Positions 38,691-49,199 of a stretch of 64,000 nucleotides of DNA are shown here, in pieces. This DNA comes from Gemmatimonadales bacterium (lineage in GTDB: Bacteria; Gemmatimonadota; Gemmatimonadetes; Gemmatimonadales; GWC2-71-9), in NCBI GenBank assembly GCA_038321865.1, contig JBBQFH010000011.1, positions 1 to 64,000 on the forward strand, written 5' to 3'. Position numbers and translations under genes: made by a program. Each line of letters starts with the position of its first letter. Within the stretch, counting starts at the first letter, position 1. The notes beneath the pieces were generated by a model that was not told where the DNA came from, made no database searches, and saw only the letters and a list, made by a program, of their open reading frames with translations.

Positions 38691-39302
38691 TCAGGAGCCG
38701 GCGGGCACCAGGTGGAAGTCGTACTCCAGGTGGATGCTGTCGGCCACGCTGAGCACGATGGGCACGCGCGGCTGGGTCAGCCCGAAATCGGCGAAGGTGA
38801 ACCCGGTGAGGGCGGTGCCGGTCACCTCGCTGCCCCTGAAGGTGGCGGTGACGTGCCAGCTCGTCGGATGGGTGGTGCCGTGCACCGTGAGATCGCCGAC
38901 CATGTCGAAGGTCCGGGACCCGCTGGTCGGGAGGGGCCAGGGGAGCCCGGTGATCGCCGTGGGCGCGAGCGTCACGGTGGGATACTGTGCCGACTCGAAG
39001 ACGCGACCCTGGATGTAGCGGTCGCGGCGTTCCCGGTCGCTGGTCAACCCGGTGATGTCCACCACGAGCTTCGATTCGGCGGGGACCAGCTTGCCCCCGG
39101 CGTCGAGCGTGATGCCGCCGGTGACCGCGGCCGTCTTGCCGACGGCATCGTTGGGGAGGTCGAAGCCGGCCAGCTGCTCTCGTACCCGGTACCTGGCCTC
39201 GTTGCCGCTCGGTGCGACCACGAGGTGAATCCCGGCCGTGCGGCCCACCGCGACGAAGATGAGCGGCGCAACCAGGCCGAGCATGACGGTCCTCACGTAC
39301 AT
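38691..39302 (-). CDS. YceI-family protein
   Basis: ARYRVREQL, LTSDRERRD, GDLTVHG; SD AGGAGG. Confidence 0.85.
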   Translation of the reverse strand: MYVRTVMLGLVAPLIFVAVGRTAGIHLVVAPSGNEARYRVREQLAGFDLPNDAVGKTAAVTGGITLDAGGKLVPAESKLVVDITGLTSDRERRDRYIQGRVFESAQYPTVTLAPTAITGLPWPLPTSGSRTFDMVGDLTVHGTTHPTSWHVTATFRGSEVTGTALTGFTFADFGLTQPRVPIVLSVADSIHLEYDFHLVPAGS

Positions 39303-39448
39303 CGATCCTCCTGAGCTGTGGGCACTGGGACGAAGGCTCTGCACGCGAACCTTACGCCGGGACGGCGGAATTCGTTGCGCGGCCTTGCCACCGGCCCCGT
39401 TCGCAGGGAGACTGCAGCAAGCATCGGACGAATCCCAACGGAGCACGC

Positions 39449-42400
39449 ATGCACCTTTCGACCGCCTGGGCCGCCGCCGTCTCCCTCGCCGTGGCACCCG
39501 CGCTGGCCGCGCAGCAACCGGCGGCGCCAGCGATCACCTACGGCGTCGGAAGCTGGAATGCCGACTCCCTGGGGAATCAGCGCGCGGTGGTCCGGGTGGC
39601 GGCACCGGCACCCGCCGTTCGCGCGGACATTCCGTGGCGCCGCCGGGATCTGCATCCGGAGCTCAAGCGCGTCATCGTCCAGAACGCGGCGGGCCGGCGG
39701 GTCGCCAATGCGGTACCCGTCAGTGTCACGCGGGAAGCGGGCGAGATCGTCTTCGAGCCCTCGGACGGCGCCGGGACCTACTTCATCTATTTCATTCCCT
39801 ATCAGGGCAGCGTCCGCTCCAACTACCCGAAGATCACCTACCAGCGCGCGGACTCGACCGCCGACCCCGGTTGGCTCGTCCGTGCCGGGCTCGGAGGGGC
39901 GGGCCGTGCCGCGGCGGCGAGCCGCATGCCGGCGGCCGAGGTCGTGTCGATTCAGGCCGCCGATTCGGTGGACCGGATGGACCCGATGGAGGTCATCGCG
40001 ACGGCAGCGGAAACGGACGACCTCCGCAAGCGCGCCGGCGGCCGAGCCTTCGTCCTCTTTCCCGAGGATCGCGCGCATCCGATCCGGATGACCGATGATC
40101 TCCCCGCCCGCTGGATCACCGCGGGGCCCGGCGGCACGGCCGGCGGCCAGGCGGAGCGAGGCGAATTTCTCTCGTTCCAGATAGGCGTCTGGGCTCAGAC
40201 CGCGCTCGACAGCGTGTCGGTCCGGTTCACCAACCTCCATCGGGTCGGGGGAGCTGATCTGATTCCGGCCGCGGCGTTCAGCTCGTTCATGACCCGCGGG
40301 GTGGACTGGCAGGGGCGCGCGTTCGAGCGGCGGCTCGCCGTCGCGGCGGGGAAGGTGCAGTCGCTCTGGCTCGGCGTGATGGTGCCGGAGGCGGCGGCGC
40401 CGGGCGACTATCAGGGAACGGTGACGATCGGCGCGGCCGGAGCGCCTGCGGCGACGCTGCCGGTCCGGGTGACCGTTCTGCCCGCCCTCGCGGTCAACCA
40501 CGGAGACGACGAGCCGACCCGGCTCTCCCGGCTCCGCTGGCTCGATTCCCGGTTCCGGCTCGATACGACGCTGGTACCGCCCTACACCCCGGTGCGCATC
40601 CGGGGCCATACGCTCACGGTGCTCGGCCGGCAGATCAGCCTCGCGCCCACCGGCCTGCCGGCGCAGGTGATCAGCTTCTTCAGCGCCGAGCTGACCGGGC
40701 TGACCACCCGCGGTCGGGCGATGCTGGCGGCGCCCGTGGCGTTCGTCGCCGAGGATTCCGCTGGCGGGACGCTGGCCTGGAGTGGGGATGGTGTGCGGGT
40801 CACGCGGTCGCTGCCGGGCGCGGCGCTCTGGGATGCGGCCAGCCGCGCGGGCCCGCTCAGGATGCGCACGCGGGCGCAGCTCGACTTCGACGGCAACATC
40901 GAATACACGATCGCGCTGACCGCCACGGCGCCCATCACGCTTCGCGACCTCAGGCTGGAGATCCCGTTCCGGCGCGACGTTGCCCGGTATTTCATGGGCC
41001 TCAACCGGAAGGGCGGCACGGCGCCGGCCAGTTACGACTGGACCTGGGACGTCAGGCGCAACCAGGACGCGGCGTGGATCGGTGACGTCAACGCCGGCCT
41101 GCAGTTCACGCTCAAGGACCAGCAGTACATCCGGCCGCTCAATACCAATTTCTACCAGCTGCGGCCGCTGGTGATGCCGCTGTCGTGGCAGAACGGCGGC
41201 AGGGGCGGCTGCCGGTTCCGGACCGAAGCGGACGTCTACCGCGCCGCCTGTTACAGCGGCGCGCGCACGATCGGGCCGGGGGACACGCTCTACTACAATC
41301 TCCGCCTCCTCATCACGCCGTTTCATCCGGTGGACACGCGCACGCACTTCTCGTCGCGATATTACCACCGCTACGCGCCGGTGGACTCGATTGCCGCCGT
41401 GGGCGCCAACGTGGTAAACGTGCACCACGCGACCGCCATCAATCCCTACATCAACTATCCCTTTCTCCGGCCGCTGCAGATGAAGGCCTATGCCGACTCG
41501 GTGCACGCGGCCGGCATGCGGTTCAAGATCTACTACACGGTGCGGGAGCTGACCTACCGCGCCCCCGAGTTCTGGGCGCTGCGGAGCCTGGGCGACGAGG
41601 TGCTGGCGCCCGGCCCCGGCGCGGGCCACTCCTGGCTGCAGGAGCACGTCGGGTCCGGCTACATCCCGGGCTGGGTGGTGCCGGAGCTGCACGACATCGC
41701 GCTCGTCACCAGCGGGATCTCCCGCTGGCACAACTTCTATGTCGAAGGACTTCAGTGGCTGGTGGATCACGCCGGTATCGACGGCCTCTACCTCGACGAT
41801 GTCGCGTTCGACCGCACCACCATGCAGCGGGTCCGCCGGGTCCTGACGTCACACGGCGGCCCGGGTGAGCGGATCGACCTCCACTCGGCGAACCAGTTCA
41901 ACCCGAACGACGGGTTTGCCAGCAGCGCGAACCTCTATCTCGAGCATTTTCCGTACATCGACCGTCTCTGGTTCGGCGAGTACTTCGACTACGACAAGTC
42001 GCCGCCGGACTACTGGCTGGTCGAGATGTCGGGGCTGCCCTTCGGGCTGATGAGCGAAATGCTCGAGGGGGGCGGCAACCCCTGGCGCGGCATGGTGTTC
42101 GGGATGACCAACCGGCTGCCCTGGACCGGCGGAGACCCGCGAAAACTGTGGGCGGAATGGGACCGGTTCGGGATCGCCGACAGCCGCATGATCGGCTGGT
42201 GGTCGCCGCACGCGCCGGTGACGACGGGCCGGGCCGACGTGCTCGCCACGACGTATCTGCGATCCGGCCGTGCCCTGGTGGCGGTGGCAAGCTGGGCCGC
42301 CGACACCGTGGCCGTGCCGCTGTCGATCGACTGGAAGGCGCTGGGGATCGACCGCGCCCACGCCACGCTTCGTGCCCCCGCGATCGAAGGGTTCCAGCCG

Positions 42401-42478
42401 GCGGCGACGTTCACGCCGGATGAGCTGCTGCGCGTCGCTCCGGGGCGAGGCCTGCTGATTGAAGTCGGGGGCCACTGA
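39449..42478 (+). CDS. Large secreted putative glycoside hydrolase (DUF6067 / GH123-like region)
   Basis: Signal peptide; FPEDR.HPIRM, NVHHA..INPYINYPF, KIYYTVREL, GIDGLYLDD, LWFGEYF. Confidence 0.7.
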   Translation: MHLSTAWAAAVSLAVAPALAAQQPAAPAITYGVGSWNADSLGNQRAVVRVAAPAPAVRADIPWRRRDLHPELKRVIVQNAAGRRVANAVPVSVTREAGEIVFEPSDGAGTYFIYFIPYQGSVRSNYPKITYQRADSTADPGWLVRAGLGGAGRAAAASRMPAAEVVSIQAADSVDRMDPMEVIATAAETDDLRKRAGGRAFVLFPEDRAHPIRMTDDLPARWITAGPGGTAGGQAERGEFLSFQIGVWAQTALDSVSVRFTNLHRVGGADLIPAAAFSSFMTRGVDWQGRAFERRLAVAAGKVQSLWLGVMVPEAAAPGDYQGTVTIGAAGAPAATLPVRVTVLPALAVNHGDDEPTRLSRLRWLDSRFRLDTTLVPPYTPVRIRGHTLTVLGRQISLAPTGLPAQVISFFSAELTGLTTRGRAMLAAPVAFVAEDSAGGTLAWSGDGVRVTRSLPGAALWDAASRAGPLRMRTRAQLDFDGNIEYTIALTATAPITLRDLRLEIPFRRDVARYFMGLNRKGGTAPASYDWTWDVRRNQDAAWIGDVNAGLQFTLKDQQYIRPLNTNFYQLRPLVMPLSWQNGGRGGCRFRTEADVYRAACYSGARTIGPGDTLYYNLRLLITPFHPVDTRTHFSSRYYHRYAPVDSIAAVGANVVNVHHATAINPYINYPFLRPLQMKAYADSVHAAGMRFKIYYTVRELTYRAPEFWALRSLGDEVLAPGPGAGHSWLQEHVGSGYIPGWVVPELHDIALVTSGISRWHNFYVEGLQWLVDHAGIDGLYLDDVAFDRTTMQRVRRVLTSHGGPGERIDLHSANQFNPNDGFASSANLYLEHFPYIDRLWFGEYFDYDKSPPDYWLVEMSGLPFGLMSEMLEGGGNPWRGMVFGMTNRLPWTGGDPRKLWAEWDRFGIADSRMIGWWSPHAPVTTGRADVLATTYLRSGRALVAVASWAADTVAVPLSIDWKALGIDRAHATLRAPAIEGFQPAATFTPDELLRVAPGRGLLIEVGGH

Positions 42479-42536
42479 TGCGACCTTCCCGCACGAAGGT
42501 GATGCGCATGCTCCCCCGCGAGGTACTCCGCTCCAG

Positions 42537-44468
42537 ATGACTCCTGCACCGCCGATCTCGGACGACCACATCCGCAGTGCCTTCGTGCACTCGAGCATCG
42601 GGATCGCCCTGGTCGGAACCGACGGGCGTTTCCTCCAGGTCAACCCCGCGCTCTGCGAGCTGCTCGGCTACGCCGCCGCGGAACTGGTCCAGCTGACCTT
42701 CCAGGACATCACCCACCCGGACGATCTCGTGGCCGATCTCAACCAGGTGCGGCGGCTCCTGTCCGGCGCGATCGGGCACTACCGGATGGAGAAACGGTAC
42801 TTCCGTCGCGACGGGCAGGTGGTCACGGTGCTGCTCAGCGTCTCGCTGGTCCATGGCCCCGACGGCGCACCGCTGCATTTCATCTCGCAGGTACAGGATT
42901 TTTCCGAGATGAAGCGTGCCCAGGAGACGATCCGGTCGGCGGAGCAGCGCTTTCGCGCGATCTTCAACAACACCTTCCAGCTCATTGGACTGCTCCGGCC
43001 GGACGGGACGCTGCTCGAAGCGAATGAGACGGCGCTCCGGCTCGGCGGTTTTTCGCAGGAGGACGCGGTTGGCCGCGCGCTCTGGGATGTGCCCTGGTGG
43101 ACCGGAGACCTCGAGGCTCAGGCCAGGATCCGCGCCGCGGTCGCCCGCGCCGCCGCGGGGGAATTCGTCCGGTATGAGACGACGCTCCGGGATGCCGACG
43201 GCGAGCTCCGCACCCTGGATTTTTCGCTGAAGCCGGTGTTCGACGACACCGGCGTCGTCGTCATGCTGATTCCCGAGGGCCGCGACATCAGCGACCGGGT
43301 GGCCCTGGAGGCGCAGCTCCGGCAGGCGCAGAAGATGGAAGCCGTCGGCCGGCTCGCCGGCGGGATTGCGCACGACTTCAACAACCTGCTGTCGGTCATC
43401 ACCACCGAGGCGAGCCTGATGTTCAGCGATGCATCGCTGACCGACTCGCTCCGCGCGGGTGCCGAGGAGATCGTGGCGTCGGCCCAGCGCGGGGCGGAGC
43501 TCACCCGTCAGCTGCTGGCGCTTGGCCGGCGTCAGCTGCTCCAGCCGCGCTTCGTCGAAATGGACGCGCTGGTCAGCGGGATCACGACGATGCTGCGGCG
43601 GCTCCTGGGCGAGGATGTCCTGCTCTCGCTGGACGCCGCCGCGAATCCCGGCCGCATCCGGGTGGATCCGGGCCAGCTCGAGCAGGCGATCCTCAACCTC
43701 GCGATCAATGCCCGCGACGCCATGCCCGCGGGCGGCGAAATCCGGATCGAGACCGGATCGGTGCTGGGTCATGAGGGGAGCGACGGACAGTTCCATGGGG
43801 TGCCGGGCCAGCCGTACGTCGTGGTCCGGGTGCGCGATACCGGCAGCGGGATCCCCTCCGACGCTCTCCCGCAGATCTTCGATCCGTTCTTTACGACGAA
43901 GGAGCCGGGGAAGGGAACCGGGCTGGGCCTTTCGATGGTCTATGGCTTCGTGAGCCAGTCATCCGGCTTCATCGAAGTCGATACCGAAGTTGGACGCGGC
44001 ACGAGCGTCTCGCTGCTGTTTCCGGAACGGGAGGTCGCCGCCGGCGATTCCGTGCTGGCACTGGCCGGTGACGTGCCGGCCCCGCACGGCACCGAGACCA
44101 TACTCCTGGTGGAAGACGAGGAACCGGTGCGGCGGGCCACCCGCCGCCTGCTCGAGCGCCACGGCTACACCGTGCTCGAGGCCGGGTCGGCCGAAGCGGC
44201 GCTCGAAATCTGGGAGCGATCGGCCGACGGCATCGCACTCCTCCTGACCGACTGGATCATGCCGGGGATGCATGGCCCCGCCCTTGCCGCACGGCTGCGG
44301 GCGGAGCGGCCCGCGCTGCGCACCGCGCTGATATCCGGGTACACCGGCGAGCACGGCGACCGGCGGTTCGAGCTCGCGTCGGACATGCTGTTCATCCAGA
44401 AGCCGTTCCTCGCCGGAAGCTTTCTGAATCTGATCCGGCGCGAGCTGGACCAGCGCCCGGGTAATTGA
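42537..44468 (+). CDS. PAS-PAS hybrid sensor histidine kinase
   Basis: [18 protein letters not shown]-box, NARDA, DTGSGI, GTGLGL, C-terminal receiver. Confidence 0.93.
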   Translation: MTPAPPISDDHIRSAFVHSSIGIALVGTDGRFLQVNPALCELLGYAAAELVQLTFQDITHPDDLVADLNQVRRLLSGAIGHYRMEKRYFRRDGQVVTVLLSVSLVHGPDGAPLHFISQVQDFSEMKRAQETIRSAEQRFRAIFNNTFQLIGLLRPDGTLLEANETALRLGGFSQEDAVGRALWDVPWWTGDLEAQARIRAAVARAAAGEFVRYETTLRDADGELRTLDFSLKPVFDDTGVVVMLIPEGRDISDRVALEAQLRQAQKMEAVGRLAGGIAHDFNNLLSVITTEASLMFSDASLTDSLRAGAEEIVASAQRGAELTRQLLALGRRQLLQPRFVEMDALVSGITTMLRRLLGEDVLLSLDAAANPGRIRVDPGQLEQAILNLAINARDAMPAGGEIRIETGSVLGHEGSDGQFHGVPGQPYVVVRVRDTGSGIPSDALPQIFDPFFTTKEPGKGTGLGLSMVYGFVSQSSGFIEVDTEVGRGTSVSLLFPEREVAAGDSVLALAGDVPAPHGTETILLVEDEEPVRRATRRLLERHGYTVLEAGSAEAALEIWERSADGIALLLTDWIMPGMHGPALAARLRAERPALRTALISGYTGEHGDRRFELASDMLFIQKPFLAGSFLNLIRRELDQRPGN

Positions 44469-44529
44469 CAGACGAGCCGTTTCGCGCCAATCTGATGCCG
44501 ACCCACACCCATACCCTTCGGGAGGCACC

Positions 44530-45399
44530 ATGTACCGGCACGTCATTCCGTCCCTGCTTGCGCTGACGGTCCTCGGCGCGACTGGATGTAGCACGAAGGA
44601 GCCGGCAGTCGCTCGGCCCGATTCCGCCGCGGTCGCGGCCCCGGCGGTTGCGGTCGGCCCCAACGTCGTCACCGTCCACGCGAGCGATTTCAAGTTCGAC
44701 GCGCCGGACACGATCCCGGCGGGCATGACGACGTTCCGGCTGATGAACGACGGGCCCGGTCTGCACCACATGCAGATCGTCCGGCTCGACAGCGCCAGGA
44801 CCTTCGCCGAGTTCCAGCAGGCGCTGGGCAAGCAGGGCCCGCCGCCGAAGTGGGTGGTCATGGTCGGCGGCCCCAACGCGCCCGAGCCCAGGACCGAGTC
44901 CAACGCGACGCTCGACATGCCGGCCGGCAACTACGTGATGCTCTGCTTCGTCGACATTCCGGGTGGCGTGCCCCACTTCGCGAAAGGGATGGTGAAGCCG
45001 ATCACGGTAACCCCGTCCAGCGCACCGGCCGTTGCCGCGCCCACGCCGGACGTCACCATGACGCTCGCCGACTACAGCTTCACCTTGTCGAAGCCGCTCG
45101 CCGCCGGGAAACAGTGGATCGAGGTGAAGAACGCCGGCCCGCAGGCTCACGAAGTCGAGCTGATCAGGCTCGCGCCGGGCAAGACGTCGAAGGACATGCT
45201 GGCGTGGATGCAGAAAATGGATGGACCACCGCCGGGATCGGCGGTCGGCGGCGTCGCCGGCACCGTGCCGGGGTCGTCACTCTATTTCTCCGCCGACATC
45301 ACGGCGGGCGACTATCTCCTGGTGTGCTTCGTCCGCGACATGAAGGATGGCAAGCCACATTTCATGAAGGGGATGATCCAACAGCTCACGGTCAGCTGA
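44530..45399 (+). CDS. Two-domain cupredoxin-like lipoprotein
   Basis: Lipobox ATGC; internal duplication with HH...CFVDIPGGVPHFAKGM and HE...CFVRDMKDGKPHFMKGM. Confidence 0.75.
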   Translation: MYRHVIPSLLALTVLGATGCSTKEPAVARPDSAAVAAPAVAVGPNVVTVHASDFKFDAPDTIPAGMTTFRLMNDGPGLHHMQIVRLDSARTFAEFQQALGKQGPPPKWVVMVGGPNAPEPRTESNATLDMPAGNYVMLCFVDIPGGVPHFAKGMVKPITVTPSSAPAVAAPTPDVTMTLADYSFTLSKPLAAGKQWIEVKNAGPQAHEVELIRLAPGKTSKDMLAWMQKMDGPPPGSAVGGVAGTVPGSSLYFSADITAGDYLLVCFVRDMKDGKPHFMKGMIQQLTVS

Positions 45400-45416
45400 C
45401 CGCGCGGACCCCCGGA

Positions 45417-45444
45417 GGCGGCGTGGGCATGTGCCCACCCCGCC
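45417..45444. terminator. GC-rich hairpin after the cupredoxin gene
   Basis: GGCGGCGTGGGCA-TG-TGCCCACCCCGCC with one mismatch. Confidence 0.4.
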
Positions 45445-45501
45445 CTGTCGCGCGTCCCCCCGGCTGATGCGCTGTCCTGCACTACCGGTCCGGAGGAACC
45501 C

Positions 45502-46494
45502 ATGCGGCGTGCGACGGTGATGCTCGGGGCATTGACGGTGCTGGCCACGGGCTGTGGTGGAGGAAGTGATACGGGGCAGGGGCCGGGACCGGGTACTCCC
45601 GTCCTGACGAAGGCGCCGAGCCAGAGCGGTGACGGCCAGGCCGGCATCGTTGGTCAGGCGCTGCCGGCCCCGATGCGCGTCGTCGTGATGCTCGACGGTG
45701 CGCCCCAGGCAGGCGCGGCGATCGCGTGGGGCGCCGGCGCCGGAAGCGTCAGCCCCGCCACCAGCGTGACCGATGCATCGGGGATCGGATCCACGGTCTG
45801 GACGCTTGGGACCGTCGCGGGGACGCAGAACGCGCATGCCGCGCTCGCCGGCGCGACCGGCTCTCCCGTGGCTTTTACAGCGACCGCCGCGCCAGACGCT
45901 GCGTCGGCGATCGCGATTTTCGGTGGCAACGGGCAGGTCGGGACCACAGGGAGCGTGCTCGCCACGCCGCTGCAGGTTCGTGCCGCGGATCAGTTCGGCA
46001 ATCCCGTCGCCGGGGTGACCATCGCGTGGGCCGCCGCAAGCGGAGGCGGATCGGTGGCGCCTGCGACCGCGGTCACCAACAGTCAGGGGATCGCCGCGGC
46101 GACACAAACGCTCCCCGCCGCGGAGGGCGCCGCGACCGTGACCGCCACCGCGGTGGGGCTGAGCGGTTCACCGCAGACCTTCAGCAACACCGCGGTGCCG
46201 CCAGGAAGCGCCAGCGGCGTACAGGTGATCAACAACCAGTTCGTCCCGGCCACGCTGACCGTATCCGCCGGGACGACCGTCATCTGGACGTGGGGAACCG
46301 GCTCGGTCGGGCACACCATCGTGCCGCAGCCGGATCCGGGGATTCCCAGCGATCCCGCGCTGCACGACGCGCCGCATACCTATTCGGTCACCTTCACGAC
46401 GCCGGGCACCTACCGGTACTACTGCGTGCAGCACGGAGCCGCCGGCACGAACGGAATCCCGACCGGCATGGCCGGCGCGATCATCGTCCAGTGA
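45502..46494 (+). CDS. Lipoprotein with two Ig-like (Big_1) domains and a C-terminal plastocyanin/azurin-like domain
   Basis: Lipobox ATGC; SGDGQ..G and GGNGQ..G Ig repeats; GHTI...YRYYCVQH...GMAGAIIV. Confidence 0.8.
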   Translation: MRRATVMLGALTVLATGCGGGSDTGQGPGPGTPVLTKAPSQSGDGQAGIVGQALPAPMRVVVMLDGAPQAGAAIAWGAGAGSVSPATSVTDASGIGSTVWTLGTVAGTQNAHAALAGATGSPVAFTATAAPDAASAIAIFGGNGQVGTTGSVLATPLQVRAADQFGNPVAGVTIAWAAASGGGSVAPATAVTNSQGIAAATQTLPAAEGAATVTATAVGLSGSPQTFSNTAVPPGSASGVQVINNQFVPATLTVSAGTTVIWTWGTGSVGHTIVPQPDPGIPSDPALHDAPHTYSVTFTTPGTYRYYCVQHGAAGTNGIPTGMAGAIIVQ

Positions 46495-47339
46495 GACGCG
46501 CCGCCGGGGTGGCGCTGACCGCCGGGGTGCTTTTTACCCGCGCGCTCGCCGCGCAGGCCGACTGCTTCCCGGCCACCAACTCGCATGAGGCCCGGACGCT
46601 CGCGATCATGTCCCTTCCGCTGGTGTTCAGTGCGGTTCGGGCACCCGCCGGCGTGCCTCGGCCAACGGTCACTGCGGGGCTCGAGGCGTCGTACGTGCCG
46701 GAGCCCGACGCGGTCACCCGGACGCCGACCGTCTGCCGACCCGGCAAGGGGCCGGAGGAAACCGCGCTGCTCTTCGCGGTGCCCCGGCCGAGGTTTGGGG
46801 TGGCGCTTCCCGGCGGGCTGTCGGTCGAGGCGAGCTGGATCCCGCCGATCCGGATCAATGGCGTGAAGGCAAACCTGGTCGGGTTCGCCGTCGGCGAGAC
46901 GATGCACCTGGGCCGCGCATGGGTCGCGGTCCGCGCCCATGCGACGCTGGGCGTCATTCACGCGCCGGTCACCTGCAACACCGACGCGCTCGCCGATCCG
47001 GTCAGCGAATGCTTCAACGGCACCCGCTCGAACGACAGCTTCCATCCCAACATCTTTGGCGCGGACGCCGCGATCGGCTGGCCCGTCTCCGGCGGGCAAC
47101 TTCGTCCCTATGTCGGGGCGGGATACAATCTGTTGCACCCACGGTTCCAGGTGCACTTCACGAACAGTCAGGGGAGCACCGATACCCGAAAGGTCGAGGT
47201 GAATCTCCGGCGGGGCGTGCTGTTCGGCGGGCTGACCTGGGCGGCGGCCGCCGCATGGGAAGTGAGTGGGGAAGTTTACGCTGCCCCGGGTGACGCGGTG
47301 ACGGCCCGCGTGGCGCTTCGAGCTGCGCTGGGGAGCTGA
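46491..47339 (+). CDS. Secreted hypothetical protein, possible outer-membrane beta-barrel
   Basis: GTG start overlapping the upstream stop; signal peptide; alternating beta pattern LRPYVGAGYN; four Cys. Confidence 0.55.
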   Translation: MRRAAGVALTAGVLFTRALAAQADCFPATNSHEARTLAIMSLPLVFSAVRAPAGVPRPTVTAGLEASYVPEPDAVTRTPTVCRPGKGPEETALLFAVPRPRFGVALPGGLSVEASWIPPIRINGVKANLVGFAVGETMHLGRAWVAVRAHATLGVIHAPVTCNTDALADPVSECFNGTRSNDSFHPNIFGADAAIGWPVSGGQLRPYVGAGYNLLHPRFQVHFTNSQGSTDTRKVEVNLRRGVLFGGLTWAAAAAWEVSGEVYAAPGDAVTARVALRAALGS

Positions 47340-47342
47340 TCC

Positions 47343-47906
47343 ATGCGGATTCACGCCTGGTGTCTGGCCATCGTGCTGGCAGGTCCGCTCTCCGGTCAGG
47401 CGACTTTGACAGCCGGGCGAGTCATGCACGGCACGCTCAGCTTCGACGGCCACTCAACGCTGGGGAATTTTGTCGGCGTGACCGACTCCGTGACCGGCGA
47501 GGTCCACGGCGGGCCGGCGCTGACCGATGTGCGCGGCTGGGTGGAGGCGCGGGTCGCATCGCTCCGCACCGGCAACGGCCACCGTGATCGCGACATGAAC
47601 GCATCCATGGAATCGTCGCGGTTTCCGGCGATGCGCTTCGATCTCGCGGGGGTGACCCCGGGACCGGTGGTCGGTGACGCCCAGCAGGTGGGGCTCCGGG
47701 GCCGGCTGACCCTCCACGGCGTGACGCGCGACGCAGACCTGACCGCGACGCTTCACCGCGCGCCCGGCACGGCGCGACTCACCACCAGCTTCCAGCTCAA
47801 CCTCACCGACTATCACATCGGCGGGCTCACCAAGATGCTCGGCGTCCTGCGCATGAACGAGGTCATCGTCGTGCATGTGGACGTCACCTTCGCGGCCTCG
47901 CCCTAG
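47343..47906 (+). CDS. YceI-family protein
   Basis: SLRTGNGHRDRDM, GRLTLHGVTR; signal peptide. Confidence 0.85.
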   Translation: MRIHAWCLAIVLAGPLSGQATLTAGRVMHGTLSFDGHSTLGNFVGVTDSVTGEVHGGPALTDVRGWVEARVASLRTGNGHRDRDMNASMESSRFPAMRFDLAGVTPGPVVGDAQQVGLRGRLTLHGVTRDADLTATLHRAPGTARLTTSFQLNLTDYHIGGLTKMLGVLRMNEVIVVHVDVTFAASP

Positions 47907-49078
47907 CGCCGCCGAGCGGCGGAAAACCTGAGCATCTGCACGGCGTGCGGCGCCACCGTGGCCGCATAGGATCGGGCGAAGCTGCCGAGGTCCGCGTGGG
48001 CCCAGAGGTCCCGAACGCGCACCGAGTCGCCGTGAAGGCCGGTCCGCGAGAAGTACGCGGTGATCTTCGCCGGCGCGGCCGAGCGGTTGAGGAGCGCCAC
48101 CGCGCGCGAACCGTCGCGGAGCGGTTTGGCCCAGACCTGCAGCTCCGGCCCGTCGGTCCACACCAGTATCCCCTGCGCCCCGAGCGAGTCCTGGTCCACG
48201 GCGATCACCTCCGCATTGCCCAGGATGGCGCGGGTGGCGGCGCTCATCGTGCGGAGATCGTTCCCCGCAATCAGCGGCGCCGCCTCGATCGCCCACAGGC
48301 TGAAGTGGGCGCGGTATTCATCATCCGTCATGCCGCCGTTCCCAACCTCGAGCATGTCGGGGTCGTTCCAGGCGCCGGGCTTTGCGGCGGTCCCGTGCTG
48401 CGCCGACTGGTCGAGGTTGCCCAGCATCGAGCCCCACCGGTCCTCGATGTCGTCGGTCGTGCGCCAGAGATTGCCGGTGGCCGGACCCCATTCCCACGGC
48501 TGGTTGGACCCCCACTCGCAGATGCTCAGCACGATGGCCCGGCCCGAGTGGGCCAGCGCATCGCGGAATCGGGCGTACTGCACTCGGGCGTCGAGCCCTT
48601 CGGCGTTGCACCAGTCTTCCTTGACGTAATCCACGCCCCAGGCCGCGTAGGTGCGCGCATCCTGCAGCTCGTGGCCCAGTGTGCCGGGGCGGCCCTGGCA
48701 GGTCTTTCGGCCGGCGTCGGTGTAGATCCCGAACGACAGTCCCTGCCGGTGGACGTAATCGGCCAGCGCCTTGATGCCGTGGGGGAAGCGGCTCGAATCG
48801 GCGACGATGGTGCCGTCGGCAGCGCGGGCCACCTGCCAGCAGTCATCGATCACGACATAGCGGTAGCCCGCATCCCGCAGCCCGCTGGCGGCCATCGCAT
48901 CGGCCGTCTGGCGAATGAGCGAGTCGCTGACGTCACAGCCGAAGTGATTCCAGCTGTTCCAGCCCATGGGCGGCGTGCGGGCGAGACGGTTCTCCAGTAC
49001 GCCGCCCGCTGGTGCGGCCGGCCGACCGGGTAGCAGGACAGGAGCGAGGAGCAGCAGCAGCGGCGTTGCGCGGATCAT
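47903..49078 (-). CDS. GH27 alpha-galactosidase
   Basis: TPPMGWNSWN, VIDDCWQ, DYVKEDWC, WRTTDDI, WNDPDMLEVG. Start 49078 or 49087. Confidence 0.93.
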   Translation of the reverse strand: MIRATPLLLLLAPVLLPGRPAAPAGGVLENRLARTPPMGWNSWNHFGCDVSDSLIRQTADAMAASGLRDAGYRYVVIDDCWQVARAADGTIVADSSRFPHGIKALADYVHRQGLSFGIYTDAGRKTCQGRPGTLGHELQDARTYAAWGVDYVKEDWCNAEGLDARVQYARFRDALAHSGRAIVLSICEWGSNQPWEWGPATGNLWRTTDDIEDRWGSMLGNLDQSAQHGTAAKPGAWNDPDMLEVGNGGMTDDEYRAHFSLWAIEAAPLIAGNDLRTMSAATRAILGNAEVIAVDQDSLGAQGILVWTDGPELQVWAKPLRDGSRAVALLNRSAAPAKITAYFSRTGLHGDSVRVRDLWAHADLGSFARSYAATVAPHAVQMLRFSAARRR

Positions 49079-49199
49079 CGGGTGCACGGGCGGGCCCCTG
49101 GAGGAAGTCGGTCGAATGTGGCTCCCGCGGCGTCGGCCCGCCAGATGCCGGTGTAAGCCCGGTCACCACGCCCCTGCCGGAGGCCAGCCATATTAACGG

